A DNA stretch of 64,000 nucleotides from Macrostomum lignano (taxonomy: Eukaryota), in the NCBI GenBank assembly GCA_002269645.1, contig NIVC01003444.1:33261-97260 (forward strand). Direction: 5' to 3'. The first letter of the stretch is position 1; each line of letters begins with the position of its first letter. Positions 35,301 to 47,519 of this stretch are shown piece by piece. A program made the position numbers and the translations under genes. Under the pieces are notes generated by a model. That model saw only the letters and a program-made list of their open reading frames with translations. It ran no database searches and was not told the DNA's origin.

Positions 35301-38300
35301 CGCCCAACACGAACATGGAGAAGGTGTTCAGCATCTGTGTGATGCTCATCGGCAGCCTGATGTACGCCAGCATCTTTGGCAACGTCTCCGCCATCATCCA
35401 GCGGCTGTACAGCGGCACCGCTCGCTACCACACCCAGATGCTGAGGGTGCGGGAGTTCATCCGCTTCCACCAGATCCCCAACCCGCTGCGCCAGCGCCTG
35501 GAGGAGTACTTCCAGCACGCCTGGTCCTACACCAACGGCATCGACATGAACCTGGTGCTCAAGGGCTTCCCGGAGTGCCTGCAGGCCGACATCTGCCTTC
35601 ACCTGAACCGCAACCTGCTGAAGAACTGCCCCGCCTTCAGGGAAGCCAGCCCCGGCTGCCTGCGGACTCTGTCGCTCAAGTTCAAGTCCACCCACGTGCC
35701 CCCCGGGGACATCCTGGTGCACAGGGGCGACATCCTCAATGCGCTGTACTTTGTGGCCAGGTGTGTGGCCTTGCTGACAGCCTCACTGACACCCTCACTG
35801 ACACCCTCACTGACACCCTCACTGACACCCTCACTGACACCATCACTGACACCCTCACTGACACCCTCACTGACAGCCTCACTGACAGCCTTACTGACAC
35901 TCTCACTGACATCCTCACTGACATTACTGACACCCTCACTGATCACCGACACCCTCACTGACACCCTCACTGACATTACTGACACCCTCACTGATCACCG
36001 ACACCCTCACTGACACCCTCACTGACACCCTCACTGACAGCCTCACTGACACCCTCACTGACAGCCTCACTGATGCCCTCACTGACACCCTCACTGACAT
36101 CCTCACTGACACCCTCACTGACACCCTCACTGACATCCTCACTGACACCCTCACTGACACCCTCACTGACATCCTCACTGACACCCTCACTGACACCCTC
36201 ACTGACACCCTCACTGACAATTCCCTGACACCCTCACTGACACCCTCACTGACACCCTCACTGACACCCTCACTGACACCCTCACTGACAATTCCCTGAC
36301 ACCCTCACTGACACCCTCACTGACACCCTCACTGACACCTCCTCATCCCTCTCGAACTTCACAGGGGCAGCATCGAGATCCTGAAGGATGACACGGTGCT
36401 CGCCATACTCGGCAAAGACGACGTATTCGGAGAGATGCCCTGCCAGTTCGAAACCGTGGGCAAGTCCAAGTGCAATGTCAGGGCGCTGACGTACTGCGAT
36501 CTGCACAAAATCCATCGCGACGACCTGTTGGAGACCTTCGATATGTACCCAGCGTTTGCGGACTATTTTAATAGGAATATGGAGATCACCTTCGACTTGA
36601 GGGACGAGGAGCTGTCCAGTGCCGTCACCGCTAGAGGTGAGGTCGCGATCAGGGGGGGGGGGGGTCAGGGGTCATCCCAGCTTCAATGACTCCGCATTAT
36701 TCTGTTTTGTAGCTTACATGTAAGTGTGTAAAATTGACCTCTGGCGCAATCTGGGGGCAAAGCTGACCTCCCTATGATCCCAGAGGTCAACGGACCTCCC
36801 CAGGAACCCAGAGGGTCAACTGATCTTCCTACAGCCTCAGTGAGGTATCTGACTTCCTCATGACCCAGAGGGTTAACTAACCTCCTCACCAACCTAGAGA
36901 GCCAAGCGACCCTCGCCACAGCACCAGGGAGTCAACTGACCTCCTCACAATCCCAGGGAGTCAACTGACTTCCACAGGAACCAAAGCAGTCAGCCGACCC
37001 ATAGGATCAAATTACCTCCCAGGACCCCAGAGGGTCAACTGACCTCCCTAGATAATACAGTGGGTCAACTGACCTCCCTAGCTAGTACAGTGGGTCAAAT
37101 GACCTCCCTAGGTAATACAGTGAGTCAATTGACCTCCCTAGATAATACAGTGGGTCAATTGACCTCCTTTGTTAATACAGTGGGTCAACTGACCTCCCTA
37201 GATAATACAGTGGGTCAACTGACCTCCCCAAAAATCCACTACTTCACAAAGTGCAATGCAATTCCAACCGCAGGCTACACCCCGTCAACAGCGGATCCAA
37301 ACGAGAGAATCGGGCCTGAAGCTTTATCCCGAAGCAGTTCGAGGAAATCTCAACAACAGCAGCAGCAACTCCACGCCTCATTGAACCTCGGCTCTCGCAA
37401 ACGACCTCTCGGTCCGTCCTACTCTTTGTCGGCCTCCTACAGAGGGGGCGCCGGCGGGGGCAGCGGCAGTGGGGGCGCCGGTCCGGCCCTCCGCAGTCTA
37501 TGGCCAGACCCCCCTGAGCCAGCCGCCTCCTCAGCCGCAGCTGCCGCAGCTGCCATCGGCTGCAGTTCCGGCGCGGGCATTCTGGAGTTCTCTCCGGACA
37601 AAGCCGGACAGGATGTCACCCCGGCCAATCTGGACTTTGGTGGCGCCGGAGGAGGCGGAGGAGGCATCTCACAGAGGGCTGTCAGCACCCTGCAGCAGGT
37701 GTTTGGCCAGATGCGTTCCGTCAGCCAGGTGAGTTGTCACAGGGTTCTTTGCGTGAATCCGCCCCCCAAAACCCGCTCTTTAAATCCGCCCCCCCCAAAA
37801 CCCGCTCTTTAAATCCGCCCCCCAAAACCCGCTCTTTAAATCCGCCCCCCAAAACCCGCTCTTTAAATCCGCCCCCCCAAAACCCGCTCTTTAAATCCGC
37901 CCCCCCAAAACCCCTTCTTTAAATCCGCCCCCCCCCAAAACCCGCTCTTTAAATCCGCCCCCCAAAACCCGCTCTTTAAATCCGCCCCCCCCCAAAACCC
38001 GCTCTTTAAATCCGCCCCCCCCAAAACCCGCTCTTTTAATCCGCCCCCCCAAAACCCGCTCTTTAAATCCGCCCCCCAAAACCCGCTCTTTAAATCCGCC
38101 CCCCCAAAACCCGCTCTTTAAATCCGCCCCCCCCCCAAAACCCGCTCTTTAAATCCGCCCCCCCCCAAAACCCGCTCTTTAAATCCGCCCCCCAAAACCC
38201 GCTCTTTAAATCCGCCGCCCCAAAACCCGCTCTTTGAATCCGCCCCCAAAACCCGCTCTCTAAATCCGCCCCTTCAGCACCAATCCGCTCACTAATCAAT

Positions 38301-38421
38301 AGAAGCCCCGCAATTCCGCAGGCAAGCAGTCACAGTCAGGACACGCAGGCCACCACCATAGTAACGCCTGCCACCGTTCACCATCAAGCATCCGTGACCT
38401 CGTCTTATCTGCCGTACCAGA

Positions 38422-38457
<36 letters not shown>

Positions 38458-38720
38458 TCTCTCTGGAGTCGCTCTACGCAAAAGTGGCCTGCCTGGAGTC
38501 GCACCTGACCCGACTGGAATCGAAACTCGACACAGATTTGGACGCAATCTTGAGGGCGTTGCGTCAGCGAATCACGTCTTCTTCTTCGGCGGTGAACGGA
38601 GACGATGTGCAGGGCGTCAGTTCAGCGACTGCGGTGCCGACCGCCCAGCACCGGCCGCTGCTAGCACAGGCCCGGGTCCGGGAGGAGGACGAGGAGTGGG
38701 ACGAGGACGACGTGCATTAG
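26361..38720 (+). CDS. KCNH2: ERG (ether-a-go-go-related) voltage-gated potassium channel, KCNH2/6/7 family
   Basis: Exons: 26361-26436 ([25 protein letters not shown]), 27204-27434 (PAS), 27632-27721 or 27763, 29187-29480, ~30982-31225 (HNVSEKVAQ), 32855-33049 ([12 protein letters not shown]...FKAVWDW), 33397-33633, 34382-34609 (S4 [24 protein letters not shown]), 35183-35760 (pore SVGFGNV, C-linker), 36365-36636 (cNBHD), 37274-37728, 38322-38720 (coiled coil, TAG). There is one phase mismatch near the C-run at 31013-31022. Confidence 0.96.
27921..28252. repeat. 15-bp minisatellite (ctggtgctggcgccc)n, ~22 copies, in ERG intron
   Basis: Direct reading. Confidence 0.97.
29510..30870. repeat. 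Polypurine tract: 20-bp (gggagatgaagggagaggtg)n followed by GA-rich repeats
   Basis: Direct reading. Confidence 0.93.
31335..31910. repeat. Purine-rich 23-bp minisatellite (gggacagagggaaggagagagag)n
   Basis: Direct reading. Confidence 0.93.
33710..34335. repeat. 35-bp minisatellite (tgagatttcttagaaattgtccatttctcattgag)n
   Basis: agaaatt at 33721 and 33756 gives period 35. Confidence 0.93.
34735..35145. repeat. Pyrimidine-rich (ctgtctgtctcaccct)n repeat
   Basis: Direct reading. Confidence 0.88.
35775..36340. repeat. 12-bp minisatellite (actgacaccctc)n
   Basis: Direct reading. Confidence 0.95.
37755..38275. repeat. ~27-bp minisatellite (aaatccgccccccaaaacccgctcttt)n
   Basis: Direct reading; variable C-run. 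Confidence 0.93.
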
Positions 38721-40299
38721 AAATTGGGAGATTTTATTATTTGCGTGAAAATACACGTCTAATAGAAGAGCTTGAACAGTTCTATTTTCCTCTCACTAGT
38801 CACCGCGATTGTTTAACTTAACATTTTCTCACATTTCCGCAAATTATTACGAACACATTTGCTACTTGGCTACTTACAATAGATATAGTAAGTAGCGCAG
38901 TTAGAAAATTAATCATTTCCGTTGCTTTTCGTTAACACGATTTTTATCTGTTTAATTAAACGAATTGTTATTTTGTAGCTGTGAAATTTAGCCACCCCGA
39001 TCGTGTAGCGTTTTTGCTAATAAATATTTCCTAGAATTTTGTTTTGCTGTGTCCGTTTTTCGCGCGAGTTTAATCAGGTTCGTTCCAAAGCAATCAATTT
39101 TACCAATATTATTATTCGCCAGCTGCTTTTGCTATCAATCAGCTCCTTTATAGTCTGTGATGCTTTTTGCTTTAATTTGATTTTGTTGTCAAAACTTAAT
39201 CTAGTCGGTTAATTATTTGTTTTATATTTGTTTAACTACAGTGTTATTCTCTCGTATATTCATATTTATCACTTATACTTACTAATGACTATTGGTGTTT
39301 GTACAACCCGCTCTGTGCAATAGTTATGCAAATTTGTTTTGAAAAATTTTTTTTAATAAAGTTATTGATCAGTCACTTAGCAAAGCCTTCTTTAGTGAAG
39401 GAGAAAACTCCTCTTACTAATTATGCAATCTTTCACTACGCCTGAGATTTTCTTTTAGATGGAATTTTCCAATATTCCTAAATGGAATTTTCCAGTATAC
39501 TCCAAATGGAATGTTCCACAATCTTTAAATGGAATTTTCCAGTATCCACTCTATGTAATTTTTGAATTGATTTTTAGATAGAATTTTTCACTATCCCTGA
39601 AGCGAGTTTTCAATCTCCTCTGTGGGAATTTTCCATAACACCCCAAAACTGTCAATCTTTAGAATAGCCAAAATTCAAAATTCGTATTTTAATCTCAATA
39701 CATAATCAAAATTTAATTTTGCAATTTTTACTAATAAAATAGAAGCCCTGATTAAGAAAGCAACACTTATTGACTAACGATATTGAAATAATTTTAATTC
39801 TATGTTATTTTGTTTAATTATTTTTATTTACTTCTAAGAATTCGAACAAAACCGTGTATTATTATTAGCAGCAGTAATAATTAGCAGTTAAAGTAAAATA
39901 GGCACAGAGGTTGCGTGTTCATTGTAGGCATATGTCACCATAATAGATTAATTCAATATACAATACATGCAGTTAATTTATGCATATTTATAAATTACTA
40001 AAGCCAATAGCCAGAGAAGAAAACCTACAAAAATACCAAAGCACAATACGTGCTGAAATCGATTTTTTGTAGAAAAAATATCAATATTTAACATTAAAAC
40101 AAAAAGGTGCTACTTTGACAAGCACTTTAGTGACCAGATTAAAGTACATAATAATATATTAATAGATCATTTTTGGGTTGTTAAAAAAAAGAAAATCAAC
40201 AAAAAATTAACACAGACTCTTTGTGCGAAATATGCTGAAACCGATTTAGAGGAAGACTAACAGGTGAATTTGTCAATGCTGCAAACTGGATACGGCACG

Positions 40300-41200
40300 A
40301 CACCTAATTGAGGTTGCCTAATTACAGATCCTAATGTAATAAAACCCCTAATTGAGGTTGCCTAATTATAGATTCTAATTGTAATAAACACCCTAATTGA
40401 GGTTGCCTAATTACAAATCCTAATTTCATAAAACTCCTAATTGAGGTTGCCTAATTACAAATCCTAATGTAATAAAACCCCCAGCTGATGCCGCCTAATT
40501 ACAAATCCTAATTTAATAAACCCCCTAATTGAGGCTGCCTAATTACAAATCCTAATTTCATAAAACTCCTAATTGAGGTTGCCTAATTACAGATTCTAAT
40601 TGTAATAAACCCCTAATTGAGGTTGCCTAATTACAGATCCTAATGTAATAAACCCCCTAATTGAGGTTGCCTAATTACAGATTCTAATTGTAATAAACCC
40701 CTAATTGAGGTTGCCTAATTACAGATCCTAATGTAATAAACCCCCTAATTGAGGTTGCCTAATTACAGATTCTAATTGTAATAAACCCCTAATTGAGGTT
40801 GCCTAATTACAGATCCTAATGTAATAAACCCCCTAATTGAGGTTGCCTAATTACAGATCCTAATTTAATAAACCCCCTAATTGAGGCTGCCTAATTACAA
40901 ATCCTAATTTCATAAAACTCCTAATTGAGGTTGCCTAATTACAGATCCTAATTGAAATAAACCCCTAATTGAGGCTGCCTAATTACAAATCCTAGTTTAA
41001 AAAAACTCCTAAGTAAGGTTGCCTAATATTTTCTAATTTAATAAACCCCCTAATTGAGGCTGCCTAATTACAAATCCTAATTTAATAAACCCCCTAATTG
41101 AGGCTGCCTAATTACAAATCCTAATTTAATAAACCCCCTAATTGAGGCTGTCTAATTACAGATCCTAATTTAATAAAACTACTACGTGAGGTTGCCTAAT
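40300..41200. repeat. ~44-bp minisatellite (cctaattgaggttgcctaattacagatcctaat...)n between the convergent ERG and DHHC 3' ends
   Basis: aattgagg at 40571, 40615 and 40659. Confidence 0.92.
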
Positions 41201-41726
41201 TTTTTCTAATTTACTACCAAAAAAATAACAGAAAATGTTCCGAAATTTCAAGAATACACACCTACAATTTTTTGCATTAGTTTACAATCACGCGCGATCG
41301 TACTACTTAAAATTGTTAATAAAAATAAGTAGTATTTAAGCGTGTTTATTATTGCGTCTCCGATTCTGGCCAGACTTGATCGGCTCGACCGCTGGTTGAG
41401 GTTGGCACCAGTTGCTGCTTTTCAACTGGCGTTCTCGATGGACTGCTGCAAGTTCAATAGGTTGAAATGCGTCATGTGAGCATGTGCGTCAACTTAATGA
41501 ATTAGAAATGCGTTTCGCCTCTAGTAGAAAGTTAGTAGAAAGTTCAGCGTTAACAGAACGACTCTTGGACGACTTTTTACCGATTCTGCAACTCCCCGTG
41601 ACTCAACAATCGCTTCTGATCTGTTGCATTACAGTCGTTTGAGTCGTTAAAAAGTCACTAGAGTTGCCCTAGAACAGCTAGAGTCACTCAGGAGCCTATA
41701 GTCAGGATTTCTGATTGGGATGGGGG

Positions 41727-42252
41727 CAATTGGCTCAGGGCACCAAGCCTGCTGGAGGGGGGGGGGCACCAAGCCTGCTGGAGGGGGGGGGGGCACCAAG
41801 CCTGCTGGAGGGGGGCACCAAGCCTGCTGGAAGGGGGGCACCAAGCCTGCTGGAAGGGGGGCACCAAGCCTGCTGGAAGGGGGGCACCAAGCCTCCTGAA
41901 GGGGGGGGGCACGAAGCCTGCTGAAGGGGGGGCACGAAGCCTGCTGAAGGGGGGGGCACGAAGCCTGCTGAAGGGGGGGGGCACCAAGCCTGCTGGAGGG
42001 GGGGGCACCAAGCCTGCTGGAGGGGGGGGGCACCAAGCCTGCTGGAGGGGGGGGCACCAAGCCTGCTGGAGGGGGGCACCAAGCCTGCTGGAAGGGGGGC
42101 ACCAAGCCTGCTGGAAGGGGGCACCAAGCCTGCTGGAAGGGGGGCACCAAGCCTGCTGGAAGGGGGGCACCAAGCCTCCTGAAGGGGGGGGGGCACGAAG
42201 CCTGCTGAAGGGGGGGGGCACGAAGCCTGCTGAAGGGGGGGGGCACGAAGCC
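41727..42252. repeat. 22-25-bp G-run minisatellite (caccaagcctgctggaggggggg)n
   Basis: Direct reading. Confidence 0.92.
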
Positions 42253-42272
42253 TTGTAAGTAGTATCACTCAC

Positions 42273-45200
42273 TCGGCATGACCGGATTCCATGCTCGCAT
42301 AGCTCTGCTGTCCCGGACTGTAGCTGGCTCTGTGCTGCCAATTGATGCCGTCCGTTTGCCTGCGAGATAAATGATTTTTAATGCAATAATTACCTATTCG
42401 GTGATTCAAATTTATTCTTTTCTGCTTTTAACCAAAGCTAATCTCATATGCGCTTAAAAAATCTTTTAAAAAATGCGCCTAAAATATATGCTTCTCTCCT
42501 TCACAACGCCTAAATTTCACAACACCTAAAATATATGCTTCTCTCCTTCACAACGCCTAAATTTCACAACACCTAAAATATATGCTTCTCTCCTTCACAA
42601 CGCCTAAATTTCACAACACCTAAAATATATGCTTCTTTCCTTCACAACGCCTAAATTTCACAACACCTAAAATATATGCTTCTCTCCTTCACAACGCCTA
42701 AATTTCACAACACCTAAAATATATGCTTCTCTCCTTCACAACGCCTAAATTTCACAACACCTAAAATATATGCTTCTCTCCTTCACAACGCCTAAATTTC
42801 ACAACACCTAAAATATATGCTTCTCTCCTTCACAACGCCTAAATTTCACAACACCTAAAATATATGCTTCTCTCCTTCACAACGCCTAAATTTCACAACA
42901 CCTAAAATATATGCTTCTCTCCTTCACAACGCCTAAATTTCACAACACCTAAAATATATGCTTCTCTCCTTCACAACGCCTAAATTTCACAACACCTAAA
43001 ATATATGCTTCTCTCCTTCACAACGCCTAAATTTCACAACACCTAAAATATATGCTTCTCTCCTTCACAACGCCTAAATTTCACAACACCTAAAATATAT
43101 GCTTCTCTCCTTCACAACGCCTAAATTTCACAACACCTAAAATATATGCTTCTCTCCTTCACAACGCCTAAATTTCACAACACCTAAAATATATGCTTCT
43201 CTCCTTCACAACGCCTAAATTTCACAACACCTAAAATATATGCTTCTCTCCTTCACAACGCCTAAATTTCACAACACCTAAAATATATGCTTCTCTCCTT
43301 CACAACGCCTAAATTTCACAACACCTAAAATATATGCTTCTCTCCTTCACAACGCCTAAATTTCACAACACCTAAAATATATGCTTCTCTCCTTCACAAC
43401 GCCTAAATTTCACAACACCTAAAACTGAATGTGAAGGAGAGAAGCAGAGATTTTAGGCGTTGTGAAATTTAGGTCTTATGAAGCGCCCCCCACATTTATT
43501 CCCATTTTGATCCCACATTTATTCCCATTTTGATCCCACATTTATTCCCATTTTGATCCCACATTTATTCCCATTTTGATCCCACATTTATTCCCATTTT
43601 GATCCCACATTTATTCCCATTTTGATCCCACATTTATTCCCATTTTGATCCCACATTTATTCCCATTTGATCCCACATTTATTCTTATTTTATCCCACAT
43701 TTTCCCTTTTTGATTACACAAATCTCCCCATTTCGAATCACAAAAATCTCCCTATTAAAAACACACAAATATCCCCATTTCAAACACACAAATCCCCCTA
43801 TTTTGGACCCACAAATCTCCCCACTTCAAACACACAAATATCCCCATTTTAAATCCCAAAACTTTCCCTAATTTCTATTTCAAACCCCACAAATTTCCCC
43901 ATTTTTGGACCCACAAATCTCCCCATCTTTGGACCCACAAATCTCCCCATCTTTGGATCCACAAATCTCCCCATTTCAAATCCCACTAAGCTTCCAAAAA
44001 CCCTTCCTCAGCAACCAACCAAACATGTAGCAACAACTCACCAGTTCCTCACGGGCAGGAACCACAGGTAGCAGGTGTTACCAAACACCTGGCAGAAATT
44101 TCTGGCAGCACCAACATTGTAAGCCCGTTTGTCAGGGCCACCGGTGCCCGCCAGCACCGGTGCTCTGAAGCTCTCCAAGGTGGTGAGGTTGCTCATGGCC
44201 AAGTGCAGGTGATAGCCGCCCAAGGCTAGCAGGGATATGCAGAACATCCAGGCAGCAAAGAATAGAAACAGGACGTGAAAACGGAAGGCTTGGATATCTG
44301 ATACGCCCTCCTGAAGTGGTTGGTGAGATTGATTATTAAACATACCCAATAAAATTCAAAAACTCAATGAAGCAATAATAGAAAATATTACCATCCAAAA
44401 GTCCACAAAGTACTTTGCAGACCCGCTGCCAGTGTAGCAGCAATACAGGGCGCCATAGAGCAAAAACAGTACAAAATATTTGTAATTGTGATATCCGACA
44501 CAGTTGTTAACCCACGGGCAATGGTGATCCATTTTAAGCAGACATCTGAATTAGTAAAAATTGATTTGAGTGACTTGAATTTGAATTTTGAACGATAGAA
44601 TTTTATCATTTTTCAGAGCTGGGTTTAAGGACACCGTAATGGGTGTCAGATGAGGGTGCCTAAAAGGGGTGTCAGGTGAGGGAAGCCACGATGAGGGTGT
44701 CAGATGAGGGTGCCTAAATGGGGTAAGATGAGGGTGCCTAAATAGGTGTCATACGAGGGAAGCCACAATGGGGTGTCAGGTGAGGGAAGCCACAATGGGG
44801 TGTCAGATGAGGGTGCCTAAATTGGGTCAGATGAGGGTGCCTAAATGGGGTCAGATGAGGGTGCCTAAATAGGTGTCAGACGAGGGAAGCCACAATGGGG
44901 TGTCAGGTGAGGGAAGCCACAATGGGGTGTCAGATGAGGGTGCCTAAATGGGGTCAGATGAGGGTGCCTAAATAGGTGTCAGACGAGGGAAGCCACAATG
45001 GGGTGTCAGGTGAGGGAAGCCACAATGGGGTGTCAGATGAGGGTGCCTAAATGGGGTCAGATGAGGGTGCCTAAATAGGTGTCAGACGAGGGAAGCCACA
45101 ATGGGGTGTCAGGTGAGGGAAGCCACAATGGGGTGTCAGATGAGGGTGCCTAAATGGGGTCAGATGAGGGTGCCTAAATAGGTGTCAGACGAGGGAAGCC

Positions 45201-46733
45201 ACAATGGGGTGTCAGGTGAGGGAAGCCACAATGGGGTGTCAGATGAGGGTGCCTAAATGGGGTCAGATGAGGGTGCCTAAATAGGTGTCAGACGAGGGAA
45301 GCCACAATGGGGTGTCAGGTGAGGGAAGCCACAATGGGGTGTCAGGTGAGGGAAGCCACGATGAAGGTGTCAGATGAGGTTGCTTAAATGAGGTGTCAGG
45401 TGAGGGAGCCACAATGGGTGTCAGTTGAGGGGAGCCACAATGGGGTGTCAGGTGAGGGGAGCCAAAATTGGGTGTCAGGTGAGGGGAGGCGGGGGAGCCA
45501 CAATGGGTGTCAGGTGAGGGGAGCCACAATGGGGTGTCAGGTGAGGGGAGCCAGAATGGGGTGTCAGGCGAGGGGAGCCAAAATTGGGTGTCAGGTTAGG
45601 GAGCCAAAACGGGATGTCAATCAAGGGAGGGGCACTAAAATGGGGTGCCATTCAAGGGAGGGGCACTAAAATGGGGTGCCATTCAAGGGAGGTGCACTAA
45701 AATGGGGTGTCAGTCAAGGGAGGTGCACTAAAATGGGGTGTCAGTCAAGGGAGGTGCACTAAATGGGGTGTTAGTCAGGTTAAGGATGCCATAGTTAATA
45801 GTGTCTTAATAACAAGAATATAGTAAGATCATCAGATTGAACTGCACAGCTTGTAATCTTGAAAAACTAAGTCAACTCACATTCCACATGTGGCACAATG
45901 ATGCGCTCTGTCAGGCTTGATCAGCTGACAGATTTGACAAACTCGAATTGAGTTCTGCATGCCCCTGGTAAACACTGGCAGATGCTTGTCAGCTATGATA
46001 CGCAAAAGCTGGTCCCTTTGTCTGCTAGGTTCCTCAGAATTCGATTGATGCTCCAGAAACTCCGCATTTGACAAGAGAAACTATAGATTTGAAAGTAAAC
46101 AAATAAAATTTCAAATATTATTATATGAGGATATAAAAGTAGCATATGAATTTAAATTTAATATTTTTATATTATAAGTATTATTCATAAATTTGTTACA
46201 ATAACTGTAAAGTAAAAATTTATTCATTGAACTAACTCACTTCTTTTGGTGGTATTTTAGGTCTTGCAATGATAGTTTGTATGTATGACCATACAAACAT
46301 TCCAAAGAACACATGGTAGAATATAATCAATGCCACTAAAATTATTTTTGTTGAGCAGGGAAAAATGGCATATAATATTCCTTCAATTGAAATATATCAA
46401 AATAGAAATGCTAAAAAAATTAAGTTTGTTAAAAAATAGAAGTATCTTATAATGCTTGTTTTTAATAACAAACCTTTTTCACCAACTTTTTCAGCAGGAA
46501 CAGAATCTAAAATAAACAAATGAAGGATAATGTTAAGTAATGCTTATTTTTCCTTAATATTATATTAATAAACAAGCACTTTTATCTAATAAATACTATT
46601 TATTTATATACTTACTAATGCATAATGCAACAACAAAGGCATAGTATGACCATCCAATTAGAATGATAATAAAAATAAGTGGTAGGGTTTTTACAAAGCA
46701 ATATACTCTTTTAAGACATTCACTCATAGTCAT
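42273..46733 (-). CDS. DHHC palmitoyltransferase, ZDHHC2/15/20 subfamily; C-terminal exons probably continue to ~41350
   Basis: Exons 46733-46616 (MTMSECLK...[14 protein letters not shown]), 46380-46241, 46080-45881 ([21 protein letters not shown]), 44545-44392 ([28 protein letters not shown]), 44310-44042 ([11 protein letters not shown]...[14 protein letters not shown]...WFLPV), 42359-42273 (QTDGINW). All phases match. Likely further exons at ~41570-41620 and ~41350-41447 have unresolved phase. Confidence 0.93.
42478..43473. repeat. 47-bp minisatellite (~20 copies) ending in an inverted partial copy
   Basis: aaaatatatg at 42481 and 42528; 43431-43473 is the reverse complement of unit segments. 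Confidence 0.95.
43490..43680. repeat. 23-bp minisatellite (cccacatttattcccattttgat)n
   Basis: Direct reading. Confidence 0.92.
44650..45780. repeat. 24-27-bp monomer minisatellite with a 103-bp higher-order repeat
   Basis: Variant cagacgaggg recurs at 103-bp intervals (c at 44881, 44984, 45087, 45190, 45293). Confidence 0.9.
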
Positions 46734-47519
46734 GACTGTTTTTATTGTAAATTAAATTAATTTGCTGTTTGCTTTGTTTAATTCAATTTCGCTCAAAATG
46801 AGATAAAATGCATAAAAACAAGAAAGTTAACGAACAATAAAACTCAAATTTTATAACCTTATTTGATTAATGGATACAGGGTTAAGGGTTTGTCTATGTT
46901 ATGGCCTGTAGAAAATAATACTTAGGAATCGTTCTTCCTTTAATTTGAATTGATTTAAATAAACATTAAGCAATACTTGTTGACTCGAACAGTAACTGTA
47001 AAGTTTAACTGCGTCAAATTCAGTATTGTTTAAAGTTTTCCAACATTTAATCAGCTTTGAAAATGTTCAGATTTTAATTATGCATGAGTAAGATTCAATG
47101 GGACAAATAACTTCGACTTTTTATGTAGTGCACAAATCGCTTCGAAGAAATAAATGTGATTTTAAAAAGTACCCGACGCCATCTGACAAGTTCAATGTGT
47201 ACAGAAAAACAAATGAGACAAATATTAGTCAAAGTGAGACATAATAGCATTGTCGCTGCTGGGCTATATTTCAAAAAATGATGAGATTTTGAGTTAAGTT
47301 GCATATTTATATCAAAATACCTGCGTCGAAAATTTTCCTAAGGTTCTGCTCATTAATGCAAATTGATGGCCAGTATCGTTAAATATTGCGTACAAGTTTA
47401 ACAAAAGCCCAACGCTGCAATAACAATATAAACTTCGATACCAGAATATACCAGTACATGATGACATGTTCATTGTACTGTAATGACTTAGAAGTAAGTC
47501 TTGACGTTTAGTCCAAAGC

